Shown piece after piece: positions 49,558-59,710 of a stretch of DNA of 64,000 nucleotides (position 1 is the first letter of the stretch; each line of letters opens with the position of its first letter). The stretch covers positions 32,001 to 96,000 of IMG/VR virus record IMGVR_UViG_3300017784_007549; one strand, written 5' to 3'. The translations under genes and the position numbers were made by a program. Origin of the DNA: a virus. The notes under the pieces are model-generated. The model was not told where the DNA came from. It made no database searches and was given only the letters and a program-made list of their open reading frames with translations.

Positions 49558-50156
49558 AAGTTATTATAAACAAATTTAGCTGGATTTCCAAACCAAACTT
49601 GACCATCTGGAACATTTTTAGTAACAACACTCCCAGCTCCAATTACGCAATTTTTACCAATTTTAATTTTGGGTAAAATAATTGAGCCAGCACCAATAAA
49701 TGTATAATCTCCAATTTCTGCCTTACCTAGAATGCATGATTGCGGTGCAATCTCACAAAATTTACCTATCTTTACGTCATGAAAAATTTTTGATCCTATA
49801 TTTAATAAAGATCCTTGACAAATTTTAACGCAAGGCTCGATAAAGACATCTTGCAGTATAATAATATTATCTTCAATTATTGTGTCTTGACTTAGTTGAG
49901 AGTTAATAAAATTAATTGGTTTTAAGTTGTATTTAGATAATGTATTTGTCATATTTTCTCTGCTTCTTGTGCCAGAGATAGCTAAAATGAAATGGGTAAA
50001 ATCAGTATTGATTTTATTTGTTGTTTTAAAATTTTTAAAAAATTCATCAAATATACAATCATCTTGATATATTGAATAATCATATTTAATATTGTGATTA
50101 TTTAATATTTGTTTGCATAAGCCTCCTGCCCCAAAAATAAGTATTTTATTTTTCAC
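49554..50156 (-). CDS. Sugar N/O-acetyltransferase (NeuD/PglD-like)
   Basis: IFGAGG, HDVKIG, hexapeptide repeats, GNPAK. Confidence 0.9.
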   Translation of the reverse strand: MKNKILIFGAGGLCKQILNNHNIKYDYSIYQDDCIFDEFFKNFKTTNKINTDFTHFILAISGTRSRENMTNTLSKYNLKPINFINSQLSQDTIIEDNIIILQDVFIEPCVKICQGSLLNIGSKIFHDVKIGKFCEIAPQSCILGKAEIGDYTFIGAGSIILPKIKIGKNCVIGAGSVVTKNVPDGQVWFGNPAKFVYNNL

Positions 50157-50782
50157 TTCTTATATATTTCAAATTTAGATAAGTCTGGATATGGTAATTC
50201 TAAATCTTCATTGTTCTTGGGCGTTCCGTCTGTGTTGTAAAATTGATTCATTAATAGCAATCCTCTTGCAGCTAACTCTGGCATCATATAAAAATTCCAC
50301 CCAAGCATATCAAAATTATCGTCATGATAAGAGCATTCTCTTCGGCCACTATATCTTGCTCTTTTAAACCAAAGATACGCATTATAATCATCGGTCAAAA
50401 TTGCTCCACCTTTACTAAGTTTAAAATGTTTATATGGACCAGTAAATGAAATGCACATATGACTATTAGGAATATACATATTAGATGTAAATCTAAGTGC
50501 ACTATCCCAAACTTTTGTAGGTTTTAATTGATAAGCGCCTTTTATTTTAATACCTTCTACTGCTTCAAAATTTATTTTTCCGCCAGCGTGAATAATTTCA
50601 CACGGTACAGAAGGATATGTTCTACTAGGAATAGTTATAGTTCGTCCATCTATCTTTTCGTACATTAAAGCAAGGAATAGAGCGTTGCTAGCGTTATCTA
50701 CAGTAATTACATGAGGTGCGCCAGTATATTTACTTAAAGCTTGTTCGAAATCTTCTGTTATTTTATATATTCCATTAGCCAT
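50153..50782 (-). CDS. Short DegT/DnrJ-family PLP aminotransferase
   Basis: FEQAL, NASNALFLAL, DSA, SFTGPYKHFKLSKGG, GWNFYM. Confidence 0.8.
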   Translation of the reverse strand: MANGIYKITEDFEQALSKYTGAPHVITVDNASNALFLALMYEKIDGRTITIPSRTYPSVPCEIIHAGGKINFEAVEGIKIKGAYQLKPTKVWDSALRFTSNMYIPNSHMCISFTGPYKHFKLSKGGAILTDDYNAYLWFKRARYSGRRECSYHDDNFDMLGWNFYMMPELAARGLLLMNQFYNTDGTPKNNEDLELPYPDLSKFEIYKK

Positions 50783-50784
50783 TT

Positions 50785-51603
50785 TTAATCACACAGTATA
50801 TTCAATGTGTCCTCTAAAGAGTACTTAGGTTTAAATCCTAAAGATTGTAATTTAGACGTATCCATCCAAAAATTTTTAGTTTGAACTTGTTGATGAAATT
50901 TAGGGGTTTGTATTATTTTAATGGTACTTTTTGAATTTAATTTATTTTTACAATAATCAATGATATCAATTAATTTAGTGCTTTTGTTATCACCAATATT
51001 ATAAATTTGATTATCTTGTCCTTTTTGGATGACCAGATTAATCGCCATGCAAACATCTTCTACGTTTAGATAATTTCTATAATTATCTCCTTCATAAATA
51101 TTGATTTCTTCATGTTTTTTCAATTTATCTATTAAAAACTCTAAAGCATTTTTCTTTGCTGTAGCCTTTTGATCTCCACCAATAACATTACAGAGTCTCA
51201 ATATTTTATATTTAATGTTATTTGTTTGGCAATAAGATTCTGTTAATTGTTCTTGAGTATATTTAGTTATAGAGTAAAAACCTTTTGGATTACAATGATC
51301 TGTTTCTTTATTAATTTCGCAATTATTTTTTCCATAAACGAACCAACTTGATATAAGATTAAAATTATAACTTGAATCCATGTTTTTAAATAATTTTGTT
51401 AGTAGCATCAAATTAGTATCTACATCCATAGATGGATCTGAAAAGACATTATAATTCGAGTTTGTCGCTCTAAAATAAACAATATCTTTATTTTGGGCAT
51501 TTATTGAATCTCTGTTTTCTAGATATGAATCTTGTTTGTATAAATTAATCCATTTGCTTCCAATAAAACCTGTCCCGCCGAAAACGCTTATTTTATTGTT
51601 CAT
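50785..51603 (-). CDS. NAD-dependent epimerase/reductase
   Basis: GGTGFIG, SSWFVYG, YSITK. Confidence 0.85.
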   Translation of the reverse strand: MNNKISVFGGTGFIGSKWINLYKQDSYLENRDSINAQNKDIVYFRATNSNYNVFSDPSMDVDTNLMLLTKLFKNMDSSYNFNLISSWFVYGKNNCEINKETDHCNPKGFYSITKYTQEQLTESYCQTNNIKYKILRLCNVIGGDQKATAKKNALEFLIDKLKKHEEINIYEGDNYRNYLNVEDVCMAINLVIQKGQDNQIYNIGDNKSTKLIDIIDYCKNKLNSKSTIKIIQTPKFHQQVQTKNFWMDTSKLQSLGFKPKYSLEDTLNILCD

Positions 51604-52903
51604 ATTTAATTAAAACACTCTCGATATAAGATATATTTTCCTCAGAAATAGTTGGCGCGCATCCAACAAAGAACACTAGGTCAAGGACTTTATTAGATTC
51701 TGGGTATAGTTTATAGTTATCTAAATGTTTATAGCCATTATGCATTAACAAATTTCCAGCAAAATAGTTTCTAGTTTGTATACCGTTTGATTCAAGATAG
51801 GAAACTAATTTTTGTTTTTGTTCTTTATTATCACAAATCAATGGTACTCCAAAAGGAGTCCATTCTGTTTGTTCTAGAATATTAATCGATCTAATATTTT
51901 TGATATTCTGAATGAATAAATTTGAAATCTTTTGACAATTTTTATTTCTAGTTTCGCAAATAAAATCTAATTTTTTAAGTTGTTCTAGACCAATTGCTCC
52001 TTGTAAATCTAAAGGTTTTAAATTGTAACCAATTCTATTAAATACATACTTATGATCTATAATAATTTCTGGAAAGTCTTTTAACCAATTAGAAAATCTC
52101 TTACCGCAAGAACCATTCGCTAATAAATTGCAAGTTCCAACGCAATAACAATCGCGACCCCAAGTAGCATAACTTCGAGCCAATTGAACTATCTCTTCGT
52201 TATTCGAAGAAACCATTCCTCCTTCTAAGGTGGTAATTTCATGAGCAGGATAAAATGAGCAAGATGAAACTTCTGCATATTCATTTAAATATTTACCGTC
52301 CCATTTCGATCCTAAGGAGTCACAATTATCTAAAAGTAATTTTATATTATTAGATTGTACAATATCAAGTAATTTGTCCATGTCTGGTGGATTACCTAAA
52401 ACTGGCGATAAAAACGTCGCTACCGTTTTACTTGTTATTTTTTCTTCTATTTTATTGATATCGTAATTTAAAGTATTCCATTCAATATCAACAAATACTG
52501 GCTTTAGCCCATTTTGTATAATAGCAGAAACAGTGGTTGGAAATCCTACAGCAGATACAATAATTTCATCTCCATCTTTCCATTTGTAATATTCCTTACA
52601 AGCCGCAATTATTAATAGATTCGCAGAAGAACCAGAATTAGTAAAAAATGAATACTTTTGATTTATTTTTTTACTAAATTCCTTTTCAAATTTAGCGCAC
52701 ACCTCGCCGCTTGAACTCCATTTACCAAAAAGTAATGTTTCTATTGCAGCGCAAATTTCATTATTATCAAAATATGCTCCAGAATAGTATACTTTATTTT
52801 TTAATTCTGGATTTAAATTATGAGCAAATTTAGGTAAAAAACCATACTTTTCTACCATTTGACTTATAAAATATTTAATGTCTTCTTTATATGAATTTTC
52901 CAT
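51593..52903 (-). CDS. rfbH: NDP-4-keto-6-deoxyhexose 3-dehydrase (RfbH/DdhC E1-like)
   Basis: NSGSSANL, DNCDSLG, SFYPAH (His at the Schiff-base Lys position), WGRDCYC...CGKRF, GYNLK. Confidence 0.9.
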   Translation of the reverse strand: MENSYKEDIKYFISQMVEKYGFLPKFAHNLNPELKNKVYYSGAYFDNNEICAAIETLLFGKWSSSGEVCAKFEKEFSKKINQKYSFFTNSGSSANLLIIAACKEYYKWKDGDEIIVSAVGFPTTVSAIIQNGLKPVFVDIEWNTLNYDINKIEEKITSKTVATFLSPVLGNPPDMDKLLDIVQSNNIKLLLDNCDSLGSKWDGKYLNEYAEVSSCSFYPAHEITTLEGGMVSSNNEEIVQLARSYATWGRDCYCVGTCNLLANGSCGKRFSNWLKDFPEIIIDHKYVFNRIGYNLKPLDLQGAIGLEQLKKLDFICETRNKNCQKISNLFIQNIKNIRSINILEQTEWTPFGVPLICDNKEQKQKLVSYLESNGIQTRNYFAGNLLMHNGYKHLDNYKLYPESNKVLDLVFFVGCAPTISEENISYIESVLIKYEQ

Positions 52904-53576
52904 TTAATACCTCTTTGCATTTTTCGACAAATAATTCCGTACTTCTTGGATCGCCTTGTTGGCTCACATGATACATTAAATCTGGACCATATGTATTTCC
53001 TAGTCCATATCTGCATCCATTATCAAGATCAGTATTTTTTACAATAGAACTAGAAGGATAGCATCCGGCGATGAAGTATCCTTTTTGTTTAGCTAAATAT
53101 GTAATTTCTTCTGCGGTATCTGATCTTTCGATTTTATCATCACACGTTGGTCTACCTAATTCATTATAAAGTTTTGTAGGAAACCATATAAATGCTTGAC
53201 TAACGTAAGGGTGGGGAATCATCCCGTTCGGTCCGTTTTTATGATTGCTTTGCCAGATTTGACCAGCAATTGTGATTTTATTTTTTACAAAATTATACAT
53301 AATATCTATGCATTCTTTTTTAAGAATAATTGCGTCATGGTCGCAAAACCAATAATAATCTGGCTTTATTGAATCAATTGTTGAAGATATAATCTGATCC
53401 ATGCATGATCCGTGAGATACGTGTGGGAACGGACCAGTTAAATAATTAAAAGGTATATTAAAATGATCTACCATAACTTTTTTATGATAAAGCGTTACCT
53501 CCTTATTTCTATTTTCGCCAAATAGAACTATAGGTAAAATAGTCTCATTGTTTATGTGAAGTAAATTAAAGTCCAT
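52887..53576 (-). CDS. Putative glycosyltransferase
   Basis: WFCDHDAI DXD motif within the island. Confidence 0.5.
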   Translation of the reverse strand: MDFNLLHINNETILPIVLFGENRNKEVTLYHKKVMVDHFNIPFNYLTGPFPHVSHGSCMDQIISSTIDSIKPDYYWFCDHDAIILKKECIDIMYNFVKNKITIAGQIWQSNHKNGPNGMIPHPYVSQAFIWFPTKLYNELGRPTCDDKIERSDTAEEITYLAKQKGYFIAGCYPSSSIVKNTDLDNGCRYGLGNTYGPDLMYHVSQQGDPRSTELFVEKCKEVLNGKFI

Positions 53577-54405
53577 TTAAATAATAATCTCTATATTGTT
53601 GATATTCGTTTATTTTCTTTGGATAATGAAACCCAAAGCTTAATTTATTATTATACTCATTTAATGTAATTGGGTCAAGTGAAAATTTCATACATTGAGC
53701 TATACTGCCTACGCCACCTTCAAGCCCATTAATTAAATGACTATAAAATAAATCCTCTGGAACTCTAGTACCTTGTGTGCCTGCTTCTCTTAATATAGAT
53801 TCGCTATATATTTGACTTACTTTTTCGCAAGCACTTCTAGATCTAAAGCTGAATCCACCATTTCCGCAGTTAATTTTTGGGTATCCTGAATCCTTCCAAA
53901 TATTATTTTCATATATTTCTATGCTTGGCGTATGACACCAACTAGACCCAACATATTTTAATTTATTATCTAACACGAAATTCTCCCAACCATTTTTAAT
54001 TAAAAATCCATCTGGATGAAAGAAAAGTAAATTTTCGAATCCTTTAGGAAGATATTCCCAAATCTCTTTAAACATAAATTTAGAATATTTATCGTGGCTA
54101 TCTTGGATTGGTATTTGGATATGTTCTATTCTAGCATTTTTATATCTAGAATCATTATTTAATAAATTATTAGAATTTGGGCTAAAAACAAAAATAGGAT
54201 AATTATATTCAGAAAATATTTTGAAACTATGAATTACCGCAAAGTCTTCTATAGCATTTATATCTCTATCTCTGCCTTCAAAATATATGCCACAAAAATC
54301 ATTAGATGGTTGTTTAAGCCCAATCTCTTGGGTTAAAGTATCATAGCATATTTTACCAAGTAGCTCGAAATCTTCTTGGCTTCGATTTTTCGATATAAAA
54401 ATCAT
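53566..54405 (-). CDS. DUF5672-like putative glycosyltransferase
   Basis: HPDGFL, YVGSSW, GNGGFSFRS, PEDLFY, FGFH. Confidence 0.75.
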   Translation of the reverse strand: MIFISKNRSQEDFELLGKICYDTLTQEIGLKQPSNDFCGIYFEGRDRDINAIEDFAVIHSFKIFSEYNYPIFVFSPNSNNLLNNDSRYKNARIEHIQIPIQDSHDKYSKFMFKEIWEYLPKGFENLLFFHPDGFLIKNGWENFVLDNKLKYVGSSWCHTPSIEIYENNIWKDSGYPKINCGNGGFSFRSRSACEKVSQIYSESILREAGTQGTRVPEDLFYSHLINGLEGGVGSIAQCMKFSLDPITLNEYNNKLSFGFHYPKKINEYQQYRDYYLNGL

Positions 54406-55208
54406 TTAACTAATGATGGATAATTGTTTTCTTTTTCTTTAGGGATTAAAAGTAAATCTTGAACCCAGTAGTTCGGTAATTTATCAAACGTTTTTAATGT
54501 ATAATAATCAACACCAAAATAATTTTTACTTGCTAAAAATTGTAATAAGTCTTGTTCAGTTGTTGGAAACCATTCGATATGCACGATTGGTCTGAATTGA
54601 TCAATATATTTTTGCATGAAAAATAATATAGGAACATCAAATCCTTCTGTATCTAATTTAACAAAATTTAAATTTTTTAAATTTAAAGTATCTAGGAATT
54701 TCTCTAATTGAATCGTTCTGACAAATCTCTTAAGAGGGTATGTGCCAACATGATCTGTTTTATATCTCGATCCGCCAACATCATCTTGATAATTAAATTG
54801 ATCAACTCCATCCTGATTGGACACTGCGTAATTATAATTTTCTATATTTAAAAAATTATTTAAAGCTGTATTGATTTGAAGCCTATGCCATGCTGGGCCA
54901 CATTCAAAATTAATGCATCTTCCATTTTTACCAGCTACCAAAGCTAATGGTAATGAGGTGTCTCCATCATACGCCCCAACATCTATTACTTCTGATCCAT
55001 CTGGAATAAATTCTGCAATTTTTGTTACAAATTCAGAAAAATTTTTCATATACGGCGCATTTTCAATTTGCTCCAAAGAAAGGTGTGGGGCCCGATGTAA
55101 ATATTTTATTTGATAATTTGAATCTTTAAATTGTAAACTAAATTCTTCAATATAATTCACATCTTGAACTTGATCTATTTTTGTTATTTTTGTATTGTAT
55201 TTATTCAT
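54402..55208 (-). CDS. FkbM-family methyltransferase
   Basis: IDVGAYDG, KLDTEGFD. Confidence 0.9.
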   Translation of the reverse strand: MNKYNTKITKIDQVQDVNYIEEFSLQFKDSNYQIKYLHRAPHLSLEQIENAPYMKNFSEFVTKIAEFIPDGSEVIDVGAYDGDTSLPLALVAGKNGRCINFECGPAWHRLQINTALNNFLNIENYNYAVSNQDGVDQFNYQDDVGGSRYKTDHVGTYPLKRFVRTIQLEKFLDTLNLKNLNFVKLDTEGFDVPILFFMQKYIDQFRPIVHIEWFPTTEQDLLQFLASKNYFGVDYYTLKTFDKLPNYWVQDLLLIPKEKENNYPSLVK

Positions 55209-55212
55209 AATT

Positions 55213-56025
55213 TTATATAAGTTTATTTATTGAATCCTTTATCAGCTCAAAATTAATATCTTGAATATTGTAATTCTCTAAATATATTGCGTTTGGGTTT
55301 CTTGGGGCCCTATTTATTATAGGAGCATAAACTGGATAAGACAAACAAGAATAAAGAGCTAAAACTTTAGCTTTGTAACCAGAAGTAATCCAATTCATTC
55401 CAGTATCTGTCGTTAATAAAAACTTACAAGAAAGGGCGATTTTAATATCATCAAAAATACTTCCTCCAATTGGTTCGTATGTAGTGTTTAATCTTGGATG
55501 ATCCTTTAAGCCAAGTTGAATAGTTTTTAAACCTAAAGAATGTATATAATCGATTATTTTATTTGCAAAATCTTTTGGTATATCTCTAATCGCTCCAACG
55601 CTAGAAAAACATGTTAAAGCTACGCAGTCTTTATATTTCTCATCTAATTCGAACCATCTATTAAAAGATATTTGTAGATTTTTAGGGGGAATAAGATCAT
55701 GCATCATGCAAACTGCTTCTGTGTGATGATACTGAATGTACCAATTATCATATTTATGTTTGGGCATTGGGTTAAATACTTTGTCGAACTTTTTGTCTAA
55801 AAGGTATTGTTTATCATTTTCACTAGGCCAATTATCGTAATTTTGCCAAATTTTAATATCATCGATTAATTCATTTTTTTCAAAAATTGGTGCAATTGAT
55901 TGGTATTTTTTATTAATTCCAAATGTTAAATGAGAATCTGGATAAGTTTCTTTGAAAGCTCTGCAAGCTATCATATTCATAGCTAAATCCCCAATTTGGC
56001 CTTGATTAAATCCTATAGCTTTCAT
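55213..56025 (-). CDS. GT9-like glycosyltransferase
   Basis: GQIGDL, TTDTGMNW. Confidence 0.75.
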   Translation of the reverse strand: MKAIGFNQGQIGDLAMNMIACRAFKETYPDSHLTFGINKKYQSIAPIFEKNELIDDIKIWQNYDNWPSENDKQYLLDKKFDKVFNPMPKHKYDNWYIQYHHTEAVCMMHDLIPPKNLQISFNRWFELDEKYKDCVALTCFSSVGAIRDIPKDFANKIIDYIHSLGLKTIQLGLKDHPRLNTTYEPIGGSIFDDIKIALSCKFLLTTDTGMNWITSGYKAKVLALYSCLSYPVYAPIINRAPRNPNAIYLENYNIQDINFELIKDSINKLI

Positions 56026-56790
56026 TTAATTTTCGTAATATATAGTAGGTAATTCTTGCTTTATTTTCGAATAAAAGTCTTTATCAAAATCTAGCTTATT
56101 TTCATCATAGTTCCATTTATAACCACAGTATCCGAAATGCTTTATTTGATATTCATATTTATCTTTACCATTTTCATGTAGCCAAGTCATATGTTTAATA
56201 TGAGCAATATCTTTGGGTATTTCTAGTTTACTTAAATCTTTATAATTAAATTTATTATTATTTGCATCTTTATATAAAATATCATTGTCCCAATAAAAAG
56301 AATCAATACTTAAATCATTAAATTTTGTTTTAAATATCCTAGATGGACAAAACCCATCTATCCATTGTTTACCATCAAATATATAATTTTTAAAATTAAT
56401 CGTATACCAAAAGTAATTATTATTTAATGTTACGAAATTTATTATATTTTGTATGTCTTGTATCGTGTAAAATTCATCTCCATCAACAAGCCAAATTAAA
56501 TCACATTCTTTAATTTTAAGATATTGCAAGCAAAGATCTCTGGCGGCGTGTTCTTTTATGTATAGGGGATTTGTAAAAACATAATCTATTTTTTTATTTT
56601 TATAAAATTCTATTAAAGCTTCTGTTGTTCCGTCACCGTCTTTATTGATTTCATAATATTCAAAAAATGGTAATGATACAGCGCAGATTTCATTTATAAT
56701 TCCTTGTTCTTTAGCTTGTATGAATGAATTTAAACTTTGATTTAAATATTTTAAACAATTAAAGGCGCAATAAATTATTCCTATTTTCAT
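56026..56790 (-). CDS. GT2-like glycosyltransferase
   Basis: DGT, ARD, WLVDGDEFY. Confidence 0.8.
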   Translation of the reverse strand: MKIGIIYCAFNCLKYLNQSLNSFIQAKEQGIINEICAVSLPFFEYYEINKDGDGTTEALIEFYKNKKIDYVFTNPLYIKEHAARDLCLQYLKIKECDLIWLVDGDEFYTIQDIQNIINFVTLNNNYFWYTINFKNYIFDGKQWIDGFCPSRIFKTKFNDLSIDSFYWDNDILYKDANNNKFNYKDLSKLEIPKDIAHIKHMTWLHENGKDKYEYQIKHFGYCGYKWNYDENKLDFDKDFYSKIKQELPTIYYEN

Positions 56791-56793
56791 AAA

Positions 56794-57750
56794 TTAATCA
56801 TCTTTTATATTGAATTGTTTATTGTATTTTAATATCGTTCCTAAGTAATTTTTTGGAAATCCAGATCCACCAGCAAGATAGTCTTTGAAGGAAAATGTAT
56901 ATCTAAGTTGGCTTCCGTCTGGTTGATAATTAACTACATCTTTCATAAAATCTTGGCCTAAAACTTCTATTTGAAATAATTCGCTTAATCTAAATTCAAG
57001 TTCTACCATGTCTACGAAATATTCTTCTGGAACCACTTCTTTATTTTTGATTTTAGTCATGTACTTAACCATATCATCTAAATTAGATATATCTAAGTTT
57101 AGTTTATATTTGCAATATATTTGGAATTTTCTTCTAAGTGTTTCATGGTGATTTACAATTTCTTGTCCATATTTACCATAAACTAATTGGATATCATTAC
57201 CTAAATAATAACAAAGATAATATTTTGATCCGTTTATTGATCCAAAATACTTTGGTGTGTCTTTCCTTTTATTAATAATATATTTATCTTTATCATCCAT
57301 TGTAATGATTCGGCCACTTATATTATTTAAACCCCAATGAACTGCGCCGTGAAACTCCATGTATGGATTATATTTAAAAATATATGGTCTTTGATCCCAG
57401 TAAAGTGCGCCTATTTCATTTTGTTCAAAATCATTTAATATACTTGGTAACTCTGAAATAAATTCATCGGTCATTGATTCTGGTGAGTCTAAATAAACGC
57501 AATATTGTCCATTTTTAATTCCACCATAAAAAAGAAGATGGTTCATTAAAAATCCATGATTAGGAGTCCAATTCTGAGTTATAACTCTACCATTACCTTT
57601 ATTTGCTTCTAATAACTCTATTGTTCCATCATTACTAGGCAAATTAACAAGAGATACAATTCCGTCAAAAGTAGGATAAATATTCCTTATCATTAAAGAG
57701 ATATGTTGCTTGCGCTCTTGAGTCATTGTGAGCAAAATAGGTTTTAACAT
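56794..57750 (-). CDS. GT2-like glycosyltransferase
   Basis: SNDGTIELL, YLDSPE, GAVHW. Confidence 0.65.
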   Translation of the reverse strand: MLKPILLTMTQERKQHISLMIRNIYPTFDGIVSLVNLPSNDGTIELLEANKGNGRVITQNWTPNHGFLMNHLLFYGGIKNGQYCVYLDSPESMTDEFISELPSILNDFEQNEIGALYWDQRPYIFKYNPYMEFHGAVHWGLNNISGRIITMDDKDKYIINKRKDTPKYFGSINGSKYYLCYYLGNDIQLVYGKYGQEIVNHHETLRRKFQIYCKYKLNLDISNLDDMVKYMTKIKNKEVVPEEYFVDMVELEFRLSELFQIEVLGQDFMKDVVNYQPDGSQLRYTFSFKDYLAGGSGFPKNYLGTILKYNKQFNIKDD

Positions 57751-57757
57751 ATATTGT

Positions 57758-57786
57758 ATTATATATGTTATTTATATGCTATGCAA
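57758..57786 (-). promoter_or_regulatory. sigma70-type promoter, leaderless
   Basis: TTGCAT-17 bp-TATAAT-7 nt-ATG(57750). Confidence 0.75.
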
Positions 57787-57789
57787 TAT

Positions 57790-58668
57790 TTATTTTAAAC
57801 TATTAAAAGCTTCTACAATATTTTGTGCAATTTTTGATTTATCAAAAAAACTAATATAGTCTTTGGCATGATTTCTTGTAATATCTAAGTAGTATTTATA
57901 ATTATATTCAATCTCCAAAACTTTTCCTGCGATAGAATAAGCATTTGGATCGCATGTTAATTTAAAATCCCAAAATTCTAGGGCTGTTTCATTATCATTA
58001 GATAGTATAGGTATACAATTACATATAGATGCTTCTATTGGTGGTAAACCTATGCCTTCTACAAAACTTGGAAATATAATATATTTAGACCTATTGTATA
58101 ATTCGTTTAAAGTAGAGTCATCTACGATTCCCTTATATATTCCAAAAGATGGGTTATCTGGTCCTACTGTAGTTAATTTATTTGGATCGAATTTTGTAAG
58201 ATTAAAAAAATCTTTTATTAATGAAAATCTTTTATTAGGGTCATTGGCGCGACCAACATATAAAAATGGTATATCTTTTTTGGAGTTAAGATTGCTTACT
58301 TGTTTAATAGCATCATAAATGACATAGCTATCTAAACCTAAATAACTCTTAATGTTATTTTTAACTGTTTGACTATTGCTTAGAATCGAATCTGCCCTAA
58401 GAAGCTTTTCTTTAGTTTTGTTTAAATCAAAAAATTGAGTATTAAATAAATGAATTGGCAAATCTAAAACTTTTTGAAAATATTTAGTGTTAGGATATTT
58501 TTGTTTAAATTCATAAGCTTTATCTATTTCTGTAAAATCATGAGAATATATAAAATCTGGATTTTCTTCAACAATTTGATGTCCTAAAGAAATTAAAGAT
58601 TCTTCTATTCTTGAGATTTGATCAAGGTTCTGACTTCTCCATCCAAATGTTTTAATTCTTAAAGACAT
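57790..58668 (-). CDS. GT4 glycosyltransferase
   Basis: LYVGR...NK, PSFVEGIGLPPIEA (Ex7E). Confidence 0.9.
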   Translation of the reverse strand: MSLRIKTFGWRSQNLDQISRIEESLISLGHQIVEENPDFIYSHDFTEIDKAYEFKQKYPNTKYFQKVLDLPIHLFNTQFFDLNKTKEKLLRADSILSNSQTVKNNIKSYLGLDSYVIYDAIKQVSNLNSKKDIPFLYVGRANDPNKRFSLIKDFFNLTKFDPNKLTTVGPDNPSFGIYKGIVDDSTLNELYNRSKYIIFPSFVEGIGLPPIEASICNCIPILSNDNETALEFWDFKLTCDPNAYSIAGKVLEIEYNYKYYLDITRNHAKDYISFFDKSKIAQNIVEAFNSLK

Positions 58669-59019
58669 TTATTTATTATAACCTATTTTTATTTCTGTTA
58701 TTTCTGCGTTAAAAAACACTTTTTGTAAATTTACTTTACTTGTATATCTTTCGTAATTAGCAGAATCTACTTGTTTGGCTAGTCCATTATCTTTTTGAGC
58801 TTTATCCACCAAATCAAAAACTTTTTTATTTGTTATAATTAAGTTTTGATATTGTTTACTTTTTAATATAGTATTTATTTTCTCTGAACCAATTTGAGTC
58901 TCTATCTCGTTGTATAACTTTATATAATTATCATTTTTTTTATTTAAAAATGAATTTTTAACTTCTAAAATAGCGAGCATATCAAAAGCATAACCATAAT
59001 CTACAGAAATTTTTAACAT
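58669..59019 (-). CDS. Small helical protein (DUF6165-like); start revised to 59019
   Basis: ISVDYG...D.L.IL..K and N.ER...K pattern; GGAGA SD. Confidence 0.55.
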   Translation of the reverse strand: MLKISVDYGYAFDMLAILEVKNSFLNKKNDNYIKLYNEIETQIGSEKINTILKSKQYQNLIITNKKVFDLVDKAQKDNGLAKQVDSANYERYTSKVNLQKVFFNAEITEIKIGYNK

Positions 59020-59020
59020 T

Positions 59021-59710
59021 TTATTCTCCAAAAAATGGGTCTTTACCATTTCTGCCTTCATGATGTCTTCCATCTGAAATTCCGAGATGAATAAATTCTA
59101 TATTTGTTTTTACTAATCTTGGGTGATTTTCTGGATCTGGTCTAGGACACCATAATTTAAGAAAATCAATATCCACTTCGCTAGCTGAATTACTATCTTT
59201 ATATAAATTATTTATTCCATGATATCTTGCTATATCACTATTTAAGTTTACACATTGAAAAAATCCACATCCAGTTCCATCTATTGACTCGAAAGATTCT
59301 TTATCCTTAATTCCATTGATAAAATCATTATAATCGTTATATGTTGGTATAAATATTCTATAAGATCCATAAAATTTATTTATATCTGCGGTGTTAACAT
59401 CTAATAATTCTCTAAAATTATTTGGCATGATAATGTCTGAATCTAAAAATACAACCCAGTCCTTGAATTTTAAATTATGTATAGCAAAATTTATAGCCCC
59501 GCCTTTATTAAATTTAGCATTATTTTTATAAAAATCTGGATATATTAAACAATTGACATCATGCTTTTTGCACAAATCTTGAGTTTTATTATCGTCTAAA
59601 GATGTAACGATGATAATATTATCAAAGTGTTTATTATTTAAAGGTAATGTAATCTCTAAAAAATCTGAATAATTTTTACAAACAATAATTAATTCTATTT
59701 TTTTGTTCAT
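59021..59710 (-). CDS. GT2-like glycosyltransferase
   Basis: FNKGGAIN, FLDSDI, GFFQ. Confidence 0.8.
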   Translation of the reverse strand: MNKKIELIIVCKNYSDFLEITLPLNNKHFDNIIIVTSLDDNKTQDLCKKHDVNCLIYPDFYKNNAKFNKGGAINFAIHNLKFKDWVVFLDSDIIMPNNFRELLDVNTADINKFYGSYRIFIPTYNDYNDFINGIKDKESFESIDGTGCGFFQCVNLNSDIARYHGINNLYKDSNSASEVDIDFLKLWCPRPDPENHPRLVKTNIEFIHLGISDGRHHEGRNGKDPFFGE

